Below are positions 27,984 to 36,837 of a stretch of DNA of 64,000 nt, piece by piece. The translations under genes were made by a program, and so were the position numbers. Each line of letters starts with the position of its first letter. Positions within the stretch are counted from its first letter, which is position 1. The notes under the pieces were generated by a model. The model ran no database searches and was not told the DNA's origin. It saw only the letters and a list, made by a program, of their open reading frames with translations. Source of the stretch: Candidatus Woesearchaeota archaeon (GTDB taxonomy: Archaea; Nanobdellota; Nanobdellia; Pacearchaeales; GW2011-AR1); assembly GCA_964363345.1 (NCBI GenBank), contig CAYIHY010000001.1, forward strand, positions 7,483 through 71,482. The letters are read 5' to 3'.

Positions 27984-28955
27984 TTATCTTAATTCAGCAA
28001 GATTTATCTTTCCTTGTTTTAATCTAATTATCTTGTACCCTTTCTTTTTTATAATCTTTAATGCTTGCTTGTATGCTTTTTCTCCTTCAATGTGTCTTAA
28101 TGCCCCAAGTATTGTTCCAAAAGCATCCTCAACAATCATAAAACCTCCTGTTTCTGGATTTACTTCAGGAACATTGCCATAAATGTCTGGTTTTATTTTT
28201 CTTATTTTTCCGTCATTGCCAATAGATTTTAATATTTCAGGCAAGTCTTTCAATTGATAGCATAAGAATTCTTTGCCTTTTGTTCTTTTCATAACCTCTT
28301 CTGCTTTTAAGCTAATCTTAGCATATCCATTAAATAAAGAGGCTAAGCTGACTTCAAATCCTTTGCAGAAACCCGTGTAAAAGATTTTTCCAATCTCTTC
28401 TCTTTTTAAATTTAAATGCCTGATTAAATTCCATTTAGGAAATCCATTCATATCAAAAATATCTTTAATTAATAATGGCTGTTTTTTTCTTGCTTCTTTA
28501 AAGTATATCTCTGCGTTCTGTCCTGCAGTAGGAATGTCATAAAAACCAGCTCCATGCTGAGTTTTCTCCGGAGTCCTTTTCTCTATAAAAAAACATCTGT
28601 CCGAAGTGATAGGCATTATTTCAGTGGCTAACCCATTAATTAATTCAAGCGGTATCTTGTGGGTTTCTTTTGCTATTTTTACCATCCCAAGCAAATGCTT
28701 ATATTCTGTTTTCCCGCAATGTAAAACCATTGCCTCTTTTTTGCAATCGACTTGTATAACATTTGGGATAACTGAACTAGTCCACCCTTTATTTTCTAAT
28801 TCCCATTTGGGATTAGAATAGTCTTTAAATTTCTGACTAAGAATAAGCACACTATCATTTAAAGCACAAACTTTCCCCTCCGCAAGTGGAGTTTTTGATT
28901 GATAAAGATAAATCTCTTTTCTCGGGAATTTATTTTTCATCTTCTTTGAGGACAA
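27984..28955 (-). CDS. Hypothetical protein
   Basis: 323-aa ORF, no recognised motif; immediately downstream of rmlA. Confidence 0.3.
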   Translation of the reverse strand: MSSKKMKNKFPRKEIYLYQSKTPLAEGKVCALNDSVLILSQKFKDYSNPKWELENKGWTSSVIPNVIQVDCKKEAMVLHCGKTEYKHLLGMVKIAKETHKIPLELINGLATEIMPITSDRCFFIEKRTPEKTQHGAGFYDIPTAGQNAEIYFKEARKKQPLLIKDIFDMNGFPKWNLIRHLNLKREEIGKIFYTGFCKGFEVSLASLFNGYAKISLKAEEVMKRTKGKEFLCYQLKDLPEILKSIGNDGKIRKIKPDIYGNVPEVNPETGGFMIVEDAFGTILGALRHIEGEKAYKQALKIIKKKGYKIIRLKQGKINLAELR

Positions 28956-28998
28956 AATTACTTTTTAAATTTGATGTATCTAAAATAGAAGATATAAT

Positions 28999-29898
28999 TT
29001 ATTTCTTCCTCAAATAATCTAATACTTCTGCTTGTTTCTTAGTTATCTGAGAAAGTTTTTCAATAATTGTTTCCTGATCGTCTCCCTTTGACGGGAACTT
29101 AAATGTTTCTGCAAAATCATCTGTATCCAGCCAGAAATTATCTTCTTTAAGTTCTTTGTCTCTAACTAAATTACTAGCTCGACTTAATGATTCTATTGTT
29201 CCTGCATCTGACCAATATCCTTTAACCGGATTATAAAAACATTCTCCTCTTTGAACATAAATCGCAATAGAGTCAGTTATTTCTAATTCCCCTCTTGCAG
29301 AGCGTTTTTGTGTTTTGATTATGTCAAATATTTTGGAATCAAACATATACAATCCAGTCATAGCCAAATTTGATTTTGGATTTTCTGGTTTTTCTTCTAC
29401 CTGCACCACTTTTTCATTTTCAATAATTGCAACACCAAATCTTCTTGCTGCCTTTAGTCCCACTTCCTTCAAGAAAATTCCCGCGCCTCTTCCAGTTTCA
29501 GCAAGTTTTTTTTCAAAGTTTTGAACATAAGCAGACATATTATCTTCAAATATATTATCTCCAAGAATAACAGTTATCGAATCTTTATTTGCAAAATCTC
29601 CTGCAAGTGCCAATGCTTCAGCAATTCCTCCAGCTCCCTCTTGAACCTTGTAAGTTAATTTTATTCCAAAATCAATTCCAGAACCAAGCAGATTTGCAAA
29701 ATCTCCTGCATATTCTCTTCCAGAGATAATTAAGATGTCTTTAATTCCAGCATTAATCAAAGTAAATAAAGGATAGTAAATCATTGGCTTGTTATAGACC
29801 GGGAGCAAATGTTTATTTGTAACTTTTGTGCAGGGCATTAATCTTGAACCTGTTCCTCCTGCTAAAATAATCCCCTTCATTTTAAAATCCTCCACCAA
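28999..29898 (-). CDS. rmlA: Glucose-1-phosphate thymidylyltransferase-like sugar nucleotidyltransferase (long archaeal-type form)
   Basis: MKGIILAGGTGSRLMPCTKVTNKHLLPVYNKPMIYYPL is the RmlA/G1P-nucleotidyltransferase signature; 299 aa with a C-terminal extension. Confidence 0.8.
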   Translation of the reverse strand: MVEDFKMKGIILAGGTGSRLMPCTKVTNKHLLPVYNKPMIYYPLFTLINAGIKDILIISGREYAGDFANLLGSGIDFGIKLTYKVQEGAGGIAEALALAGDFANKDSITVILGDNIFEDNMSAYVQNFEKKLAETGRGAGIFLKEVGLKAARRFGVAIIENEKVVQVEEKPENPKSNLAMTGLYMFDSKIFDIIKTQKRSARGELEITDSIAIYVQRGECFYNPVKGYWSDAGTIESLSRASNLVRDKELKEDNFWLDTDDFAETFKFPSKGDDQETIIEKLSQITKKQAEVLDYLRKK

Positions 29899-30866
29899 TT
29901 TGTATTATTCTTATACCAAGAAACAAGTTCTTTAATTTCTTTTTCTAAATCTTTATGTAGATATTTAAAACCTAAATTTTTTAATTTTTCTCCCGAAATT
30001 GCATATCTAAAATCATGCCCCTTTCTATGCAGAACTTTTTCTATCATTTCTTCTCCAAGTCCAAAATTTTGAAGAAGTAATTTTGTCATTTGAATATTTG
30101 TTCTTTCATTTTCTCCGGGAATATTATAGGCTTCCCCAATCTTTCCATTTTGCGAGATAAACCAAATAGCTCTACAATTATCTTCTACATGAAGCCAATC
30201 CCTCACATTTAATCCCGGATTTTCTTCGGACCACATTAAAGGGACTTTTTTTCCTTCAATAAGATTAGTAATAAATAAAGGCAATAATTTTTCTGGAAAT
30301 TGGTATTCCCCATAATTATTTGCACTTCTAGTTATAATAACTGGGAAATTGTGTGTCTTGAAATAGGACAATGCAGTTATCTCGGCAGAAGCTTTTGTTG
30401 CAGAATAAGGACTAGAAGGATTTAGTTGAGCATTTTCAGAAAAAAATCCTTCATTGAGACTCCCATAAACTTCATCTGTTGAAATTTGTATAAATTTTTT
30501 TACTCCTCTCTCCATTGAGATTTTAAAAAGGTTGCACGCTCCAAGAAAATTTGATTTTTCAAAATCATCAGAATTAAAAATGCTTCTATCTACATGACTT
30601 TCTGCTGCAAAATTAAAAACAATTTCTGGTTTTTCTTCATCAAAGACTTTATCTATAATATCTTTATCACTAATATCCGCTAATATAAATTTGTAATTTT
30701 TATTTTCTGAAATCCCCATGTGAGAAATATTTTTTCCTTTTCCGGCATATGTCTTTTTGTCTACATTTACAACGTTAACCTCTTCTTTAACTTCTGGATT
30801 GGTAAGCAAATATCTTATAAAATTACTTCCAATAAATCCGCATCCTCCAGTTACTAGTATTTTCAT
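29877..30866 (-). CDS. rmlB: dTDP-glucose 4,6-dehydratase
   Basis: MKILVTGGCGFIGSNFIRYLL; YSATKASAE (YxxxK); 329 aa; overlaps rmlA by 22 nt. Confidence 0.85.
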   Translation of the reverse strand: MKILVTGGCGFIGSNFIRYLLTNPEVKEEVNVVNVDKKTYAGKGKNISHMGISENKNYKFILADISDKDIIDKVFDEEKPEIVFNFAAESHVDRSIFNSDDFEKSNFLGACNLFKISMERGVKKFIQISTDEVYGSLNEGFFSENAQLNPSSPYSATKASAEITALSYFKTHNFPVIITRSANNYGEYQFPEKLLPLFITNLIEGKKVPLMWSEENPGLNVRDWLHVEDNCRAIWFISQNGKIGEAYNIPGENERTNIQMTKLLLQNFGLGEEMIEKVLHRKGHDFRYAISGEKLKNLGFKYLHKDLEKEIKELVSWYKNNTNWWRILK

Positions 30867-30958
30867 TTTAATCTCTTTAATCTTATTTATTTAAATATCC
30901 TTATAATAAAAAATACATATTTGTAATATATAGAAAATAATATTTCATCTACATAATT

Positions 30959-30968
30959 CTTATAAATA
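30959..30968 (+). promoter_or_regulatory. Archaeal TATA-like box CTTATAAATA ~20-29 bp upstream of the ATG at 30988
   Basis: Match to TTTAWATA at leaderless-promoter distance. Confidence 0.3.
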
Positions 30969-30987
30969 TTCACTTTTCAACATTATT

Positions 30988-32190
30988 ATGAAAATTGCCC
31001 ACGTAAATATGTTTTTTCTTCCAACATTCGGCGGAGTTGAACAGGTGATATATGAATTAGCCACAAGGCAGGTTAAAGATGGACACGAAGTTCATGTTTT
31101 TTGCTGCGATTCTGACAAAAATAACAGAATAGAAATTAAAGAAGAAATAATTGAAGGAATCCACGTTCACCGAATACCTTATTGGTTCAGACTTTCTTTG
31201 AATACTTTTGTATGGCTGTCATTCTTATGGAAATTTAAGGGGAAATTTGATATTGTTCACAGCCACGTTTCAGGGCATGATTACATTTTATTTGCCGGAT
31301 GGTTATCTAAACTGAAAGGAGCAAAATATATCCACACAACACATTGCCCGTGGACAGATGCTTCATTCAGGCCGAAAATTATTCGCCCATTTTTATTTTT
31401 GAATGATATTTTCATGAACAAATTTTCGTACAAATTTATTGATAAAATAATTGCAATCACCCCCTGGGAATTGGAAACTTTGGAAAAATATTCAGAAAAA
31501 GAAAAAATTGAAATTATCCCAAATGGAGTCGATAAAATTTTATTTAAAGAAGTTAGAAATAAGCAGTTCAAAAAAAATAATAATATCAAAGAAAAATTTT
31601 TGGTTTTATTTTTCGGAAGATTGAATCCGACAAAAGGTCCGGAGATGCTTGCTAAAGCAGCAATAAATATAATAAAAAAAAGAAAAGACATCGCATTTGT
31701 CTGGGTTGGTCCCGATGAAGGAAAAGCCGAGGAAGTTAAGGAATTAATTAAGAATTTTAAAAATATGAAATATCTCGGTCCGATAAAAGGAAAAGAAAAA
31801 ATTGCAGATATGTATCAATCTGCTGATGTTTATGTTCTTCCAAGTTATCGCGAAGGATTGCCCTTAACTTTATTTGAAGCAATGGCCTCGAGACTTCCTA
31901 TCGTTGCTTCGCCTGTCAACGGAGTGCCCTTTGAAATGAAAGAAAATGAAAACGGCTTTTTTTCAAATTACGGAGACATTGATTCTCTGGAAAAAAATAT
32001 AATTAAATTAATTGATAACCCAAAACTTGCAAAAAAAATCTCAGAAAATAACTTTAAAAAATCAAAAAATTATAACTGGGATGACATATACAAAAAATAC
32101 ATGAATGAATATAAAAAACTTTTAATCAGCCGTGAGCAGTATATCAGCGGGAAAATGAGTGTAAAGAAACCGGAGGTGTCGTTCAGGTGA
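30988..32190 (+). CDS. Glycosyltransferase, GT4 family (GT-B)
   Basis: C-terminal EGLPLTLFEAMASRLPIVAS (the EX7E region); 400 aa. Confidence 0.75.
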   Translation: MKIAHVNMFFLPTFGGVEQVIYELATRQVKDGHEVHVFCCDSDKNNRIEIKEEIIEGIHVHRIPYWFRLSLNTFVWLSFLWKFKGKFDIVHSHVSGHDYILFAGWLSKLKGAKYIHTTHCPWTDASFRPKIIRPFLFLNDIFMNKFSYKFIDKIIAITPWELETLEKYSEKEKIEIIPNGVDKILFKEVRNKQFKKNNNIKEKFLVLFFGRLNPTKGPEMLAKAAINIIKKRKDIAFVWVGPDEGKAEEVKELIKNFKNMKYLGPIKGKEKIADMYQSADVYVLPSYREGLPLTLFEAMASRLPIVASPVNGVPFEMKENENGFFSNYGDIDSLEKNIIKLIDNPKLAKKISENNFKKSKNYNWDDIYKKYMNEYKKLLISREQYISGKMSVKKPEVSFR

Positions 32191-33725
32191 AAGTAACACT
32201 AATCTCAACTTCAACTTACCCCTCTGATCAAGGAATAAGAACAATCTCAAGCATTTTAAAAAAAGAAGGGCATGATGTAAAAATAGTTTTCATGTCTCTC
32301 AGCGAAGATTATTCCGAAAATTATTCTTTGTCCGAACTTTATCAATTGCTTAATTTATGCAAGGGAAGTGGATTAATAGGAATAAATTCATTCGCTTCAA
32401 CTTCTCAAAGAGCATCAAGAATAATTTCTTTCCTTAAAAAAAAGCTTAATGTTCCTATTGTTTACGGGGGAGTCCATGCAACAATCTCTCCCGAAGATTG
32501 CATAAAAGTTTCTGACCTCGTCTGTATCGGAGAAGCAGAGGAAGCAATTATTGATTTAGTGAATGCAGCTGAAAAAAGAAAAAGTTTTGATAAAATAAAA
32601 AATCTCTGGATAAAAAAAGACGATAAAATAATAAAAAATCCAGTAAGATCTTTAGTTGACAATTTGGATTCAATTCCTCTCCCAGATTACAACATAGGAA
32701 CTCATTATGTGCTTAACAAAGGAAAAATAAGAAAATTCCGAGATGAAGATTTGGCAGGACAGGTATTCTTTTTAACAGGGAGAGGCTGTCCTTATGGATG
32801 TGACTATTGCAGCAACTCTTTTTTTAACAAGCTCTATGAGGGAAAAAGAAAAGCAATTTTGAGATGGCATTCCCCCGAGTATATAATTAAAGGAATTTTA
32901 GAATTAAAAAAGAAATTTCCAACCTCGTTAGGATTTTTTGATATAAGGGACGATACTTTTTCTCTGAGACCTTTGGAGGATATAAAAAAATTCTGCAAAT
33001 TGTATAAAGAAAATGTAAAAATGCGTTTCAAATGCCTGGCTGATCCGCATACGGTTACTGATGAAAAAATAAAATTGCTTATTGATGCAGGGTGCACTGA
33101 TATTATAATCGGAATTCAGGGAAGTGAAAAAACAAACCAGGAAATCTATCATCGCCATCAAAAAGATGAAGATGTTATTAGAACTGCTAAAATTCTAAAT
33201 AAGTATAAAAATAAACTTGCGGTAATGTACGATGTAATAACCTGCAATCCTTATGAAAAACCAGAACATATTTTGAGTTTAATCAATCTTCTGCAAAAAC
33301 TTCCAAAGCCGTATTATCTTTCAGTAAACAATTTAGTTTTTTTCCCGGGCTCACAATTATTCCGTAGAGCAACAGAGGATAAAATCCTGGAAAAAGAAAG
33401 AAATGCCTCTTACAAATTAAATTATTGGGATAGAGCAAAGCATATTCGCCTAAAGAAAAAAAATGCCTATCTGGTTTTAATTTTAAATTTAATGAGGGGA
33501 AGCGTTACAGAAACAAGATTCGGATTTATGCCATCATTCTTATTGAACGGGCTTCTTGTTCCAAAAAGAGTTAAGAAAAATTTAAGAAATCCATTTCCAA
33601 CTTATTTAATTTTAAACTTAGTAAGTATAGTTGATTTAATGAGAGAGAAAGTAGCAAAGCCGTTTTATCGCTCTCTGCCTGTTGATTTCAAGGTTTGGTA
33701 TGACAAAATAAGATATAGAGTTTAG
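32187..33725 (+). CDS. Cobalamin-binding radical SAM protein (class B)
   Basis: N-terminal MKVTLISTST...GHDVKIVFMS (B12-binding Rossmann); CxxxCxxC at GRGCPYGCDYCSNS; 512 aa; overlaps the upstream GT4 gene by 4 nt. Confidence 0.7.
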   Translation: MKVTLISTSTYPSDQGIRTISSILKKEGHDVKIVFMSLSEDYSENYSLSELYQLLNLCKGSGLIGINSFASTSQRASRIISFLKKKLNVPIVYGGVHATISPEDCIKVSDLVCIGEAEEAIIDLVNAAEKRKSFDKIKNLWIKKDDKIIKNPVRSLVDNLDSIPLPDYNIGTHYVLNKGKIRKFRDEDLAGQVFFLTGRGCPYGCDYCSNSFFNKLYEGKRKAILRWHSPEYIIKGILELKKKFPTSLGFFDIRDDTFSLRPLEDIKKFCKLYKENVKMRFKCLADPHTVTDEKIKLLIDAGCTDIIIGIQGSEKTNQEIYHRHQKDEDVIRTAKILNKYKNKLAVMYDVITCNPYEKPEHILSLINLLQKLPKPYYLSVNNLVFFPGSQLFRRATEDKILEKERNASYKLNYWDRAKHIRLKKKNAYLVLILNLMRGSVTETRFGFMPSFLLNGLLVPKRVKKNLRNPFPTYLILNLVSIVDLMREKVAKPFYRSLPVDFKVWYDKIRYRV

Positions 33726-34435
33726 TTAGCTAATCTAAAATCCTTCATATTTTCTTTATAATCGGTAGGATCTTTTACATCTGCCCAATAAAATCCTTCT
33801 TGTCTCAATCTGCATGCAAGGCAATAACCGCAGTGTTTTCCACGAATGCTTCTGTGACAACTGAAAGTTTCCTTAAAATTAATTTTTAATTTTTCTCCAA
33901 TTTTTACAATCTCTTCTTTGTCTTTTTTTATCAATGGGGCAATTATTTTAAAGTTCTTGTAACATCCTATTCGGCTTAATTTGTTCATTTGTTCAATAAA
34001 TGCCGGAGTCGTGTCAGGGTAATATTCTTTTCCTTCGTTTTTGAAACCAGTAAATAAATCGTATTTCTCTTTCTTTTTAATATAAAGAGATTCTGCAAGA
34101 GCAAGAGAATAAACAAGAAAAACAATATTTCTGCAGGGGACATATAATCTTTCAGATTCCTTAGAGCTATCCTTTAACTCTTTTCTTGTAACTTTTTTCG
34201 GTTTGTTGTCTAAAGAATTTGTAATATTCCCGAGCCATTTTAAGTCCACTTCAATAAATTCCGCAGAAATGTCATTCGCACACTTTTTAGAACAAGCCCT
34301 TTCCGAAGCAAGACTTTTTTGATTATAATTAAAGAAAACAATTTTGATATACTCATAATTTAACTTTTTTTTGACATAATGCGCAGTTACAACACTATCC
34401 AATCCTCCAGAGCACAATACTATCGCATTTTTCAT
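33722..34435 (-). CDS. QueC-like PP-loop ATPase (7-cyano-7-deazaguanine synthase family)
   Basis: IVLCSGGLDSVV (SGGxDS); YNQK; VPCRNIVFL; a C-terminal zinc cluster CHRSIRGKHCGYCLACRLR that parallels the QueC Cys4 site. Confidence 0.6.
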   Translation of the reverse strand: MKNAIVLCSGGLDSVVTAHYVKKKLNYEYIKIVFFNYNQKSLASERACSKKCANDISAEFIEVDLKWLGNITNSLDNKPKKVTRKELKDSSKESERLYVPCRNIVFLVYSLALAESLYIKKKEKYDLFTGFKNEGKEYYPDTTPAFIEQMNKLSRIGCYKNFKIIAPLIKKDKEEIVKIGEKLKINFKETFSCHRSIRGKHCGYCLACRLRQEGFYWADVKDPTDYKENMKDFRLAN

Positions 34436-34456
34436 AACTATTTGATTTAGATAATC

Positions 34457-34465
34457 TTTATAAAT
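34457..34465 (+). promoter_or_regulatory. Archaeal TATA-like box TTTATAAAT ~21-29 bp upstream of the ATG at 34486
   Basis: A/T box at leaderless-promoter spacing. Confidence 0.25.
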
Positions 34466-34485
34466 TTGTTTTATAAGGATAGTTT

Positions 34486-34680
34486 ATGAAAAAATTAGCA
34501 AACCAATTAAAAAAAGGGGATAAAATAATTTTAGCCTCTCAAGAGTATTCTATTGAAGAGCTGGAAATATCAGATATAGGGAAACATGGAATGAGAAAAG
34601 TAAGAATTGTTGCAGTATCTCCAAAACAAGAAAAAATTATTCTAATCCGTCCTGAAGATTATCCTTTTGAATCAAAATGA
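34486..34680 (+). CDS. Small hypothetical protein (64 aa, basic, possible SH3/KOW-like beta fold)
   Basis: ORF with an upstream TATA-like box; 4-nt overlap with the downstream GT2 gene suggests co-translation. No confident family. Confidence 0.25.
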   Translation: MKKLANQLKKGDKIILASQEYSIEELEISDIGKHGMRKVRIVAVSPKQEKIILIRPEDYPFESK

Positions 34681-35579
34681 TAGATGTAATAATAACCTCT
34701 TACAATGAACCAAACTCCACACTAAAAGCGGCACAGATATTTTTAAAGCAATATTCGGGGGAAGATTTGAGATTAATCGTCGTTGATCCCTTCGAAGAAG
34801 TAGGCGAATTTCTGAAGAAAAATATAAATGATAAAAGATTTATTTTTTATCTGGATCCGGGAGAAGGAAAATCATACGCGCTGAATTTATTATTCCAGGA
34901 GTTTCCAGGAACAGATAAAGATATCTTTATTTTAACTGACGGAGATGTTTATGTTTCTGAGAATACACTCCACGAAATATTGGGTACTTTTCAAAATCCA
35001 AAGATTGGTTGCATAACCGCAAAGCCAGTTTCAGTAGACTCGAAGGAGACCAAATTTGGCTACTGGTCTCATCTGCTTTTTTCTGGAGCTAATAAGGTCA
35101 GAAAAAAATTATCCCAAAAAGAGAAATTTTTTGAATGTTCGGGTTATCTATTTGCAATTCGTAAGGGAGTCATTATGGATTTTCCTTTAGATGCTTCGGA
35201 AGATTCTGTTATCCCATATTTATTTTGGAAAAAAGGATACAAGATAAAATATCTTTCAAATGTTGAAGTTTATGTAAAAAATCCAGATAATATTAAAGAC
35301 TGGAAGAATCAAAAAATCAGGAACATAAAAGGACATGAAAATTTAAATAAGTTATTCCCCGAAATGCCAAGAACAAAATCTTTCCTTAATGAAATAAAAT
35401 TTGGGCTTTTTCACTCTTTGTTCTATCCAAGAAACTTAAAAGAATTGAATTGGACAGCAGAGTTATTTGGTGCAAGATATTCTATTTACAAAAAAGCTTT
35501 TAATGATATAAAACAGAAAACAAATTATTCTGATGGGTGGAGAGAAACAGAGATAGAATCAACAAAGCCCTTAGACTAA
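34677..35579 (+). CDS. Glycosyltransferase family 2
   Basis: IDVIITSYNEPNS N-terminus; ILTDGD (DxD); 300 aa. Confidence 0.65.
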   Translation: MIDVIITSYNEPNSTLKAAQIFLKQYSGEDLRLIVVDPFEEVGEFLKKNINDKRFIFYLDPGEGKSYALNLLFQEFPGTDKDIFILTDGDVYVSENTLHEILGTFQNPKIGCITAKPVSVDSKETKFGYWSHLLFSGANKVRKKLSQKEKFFECSGYLFAIRKGVIMDFPLDASEDSVIPYLFWKKGYKIKYLSNVEVYVKNPDNIKDWKNQKIRNIKGHENLNKLFPEMPRTKSFLNEIKFGLFHSLFYPRNLKELNWTAELFGARYSIYKKAFNDIKQKTNYSDGWRETEIESTKPLD

Positions 35580-36268
35580 TTTTTATTTCTATACATTACC
35601 AGTCGATTAAGATAAATAAAAGGAATATCAACTATTCCGACAAGCCACTTTATCATTAAAGTTCCTATAATCAAAGGCAAAAGTGGCTGAATCCCATAAA
35701 ACGCGATTGTTATAAAAATAATCGTGTCTACTGCCATTGAAGGAATTGAAGAAAAAATATTCCTCATCCATAAATGTCTCCCATTGGTTCTTTTCTTAAA
35801 CCAAGAGAAGAGATAGGCATCTATATTTTCGCTGATTAAAAATGCAATCCATGAAGCAAGCATTATCCTTGGAGCAAACCCCAGTATTTTAGTAAAGATT
35901 TCTTGATCGGTCCAAAAAGGGGCAGGCTCTAATGAGATTGCTATAAAAATAAAGAGGGCAGTAGAAATCTGAGTAAGAAATGCAATAAAAATCATCTTTT
36001 GTGTTTCTCTTCTGCCAAATTTCTCATTCACAATATCTGTTAAGAGAAAAGTTACAGAAAAAATTAAAGTTGCAGATGTTGCAAAAAAGGTAACAGATCC
36101 AAAGTCGAAGCTAACTATCTTATAAGCGATTATATTGCTGATTAAAATAAAAGCAATGTATAAACCAATAAGCGCATCAGGCTTATTATATCTCCGAACA
36201 TACCACGAACCAAATAATGAAAATGCGGTCGTTAACACAATCCATAGAATAATTAGTAATAACTCCAT
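35576..36268 (-). CDS. YhhQ/DUF165 (VUT-family) queuosine-precursor transporter-like membrane protein
   Basis: FLLTDIVNEKFG and IDAYLFSWFKKRTNGRHLWMRNIFSSIPSMAVDTIIFITIAF align with E. coli YhhQ blocks (FLATDLTVRIFG; LDVHVFNRLRQ..RWWLAPTASTLFGNVSDTLAFFFIAF). Confidence 0.7.
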   Translation of the reverse strand: MELLLIILWIVLTTAFSLFGSWYVRRYNKPDALIGLYIAFILISNIIAYKIVSFDFGSVTFFATSATLIFSVTFLLTDIVNEKFGRRETQKMIFIAFLTQISTALFIFIAISLEPAPFWTDQEIFTKILGFAPRIMLASWIAFLISENIDAYLFSWFKKRTNGRHLWMRNIFSSIPSMAVDTIIFITIAFYGIQPLLPLIIGTLMIKWLVGIVDIPFIYLNRLVMYRNKN

Positions 36269-36269
36269 T

Positions 36270-36710
36270 TTATTTAATCAAATTATTACCCGGAGTTTTA
36301 TCAGTATCTTTAAATTTCTTTAATTTCTTTTTTAGGTCTTCAAATGTTTTAACGATATCTACAGAATGTATTACTATCGCACTTAAATTTTCAAGAGCAT
36401 CTTCAATCGGTTCATCTTCTTTAATCCCGAGTATTGGAATTCCTTTTGCATAAGCATATCCCAATTCCCATGCAGTTCCAGCCCCAACATGCAATCCGTT
36501 CAGATTAGCAATTACTAAAGAAACATTTTCAAATCCTTGAATTATATCTTCTTTGAATATCCTTTCTACATCATCCATGCACTCCACTAAGCCCGCATCT
36601 CGATGAGGTAAATAAGTCTCAAAACCAATATCTTCTGCTAGTTTTGCTAATTTCTCTAAAAATTCCCTTTCACTTTCTGCACACAATTTTCCCGCAATAT
36701 ATACTTTCAT
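36270..36710 (-). CDS. Nucleoside 2-deoxyribosyltransferase-like (PF05014-like) Rossmann protein
   Basis: MKVYIAGKL at the N-terminus and GTAWELGYAYAKGIPILGI; 146 aa. Confidence 0.45.
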   Translation of the reverse strand: MKVYIAGKLCAESEREFLEKLAKLAEDIGFETYLPHRDAGLVECMDDVERIFKEDIIQGFENVSLVIANLNGLHVGAGTAWELGYAYAKGIPILGIKEDEPIEDALENLSAIVIHSVDIVKTFEDLKKKLKKFKDTDKTPGNNLIK

Positions 36711-36801
36711 AAGTTAAACTTTTTTCACAAGTTTAAAAATTCTTCTTTTCTTTAATTTAAAGAATTTATGGACTTAAATTATATATCTAAACATCTTAAT
36801 C

Positions 36802-36811
36802 TTTATAAATA
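36802..36811 (+). promoter_or_regulatory. Archaeal TATA-like box TTTATAAATA ~27-36 bp upstream of the ATG at 36838
   Basis: Strong match to TTTAWATA. Confidence 0.3.
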
Positions 36812-36837
36812 AACTGACCTGCCCTAGTTTAATCAAA

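Noticed and set aside
34486-34680. The 64-aa ORF as aIF-5A or ribosomal protein S28e.
   Set aside because: It is too short for aIF-5A, and its sequence blocks do not match S28e. Only a generic small beta-barrel guess is justified.
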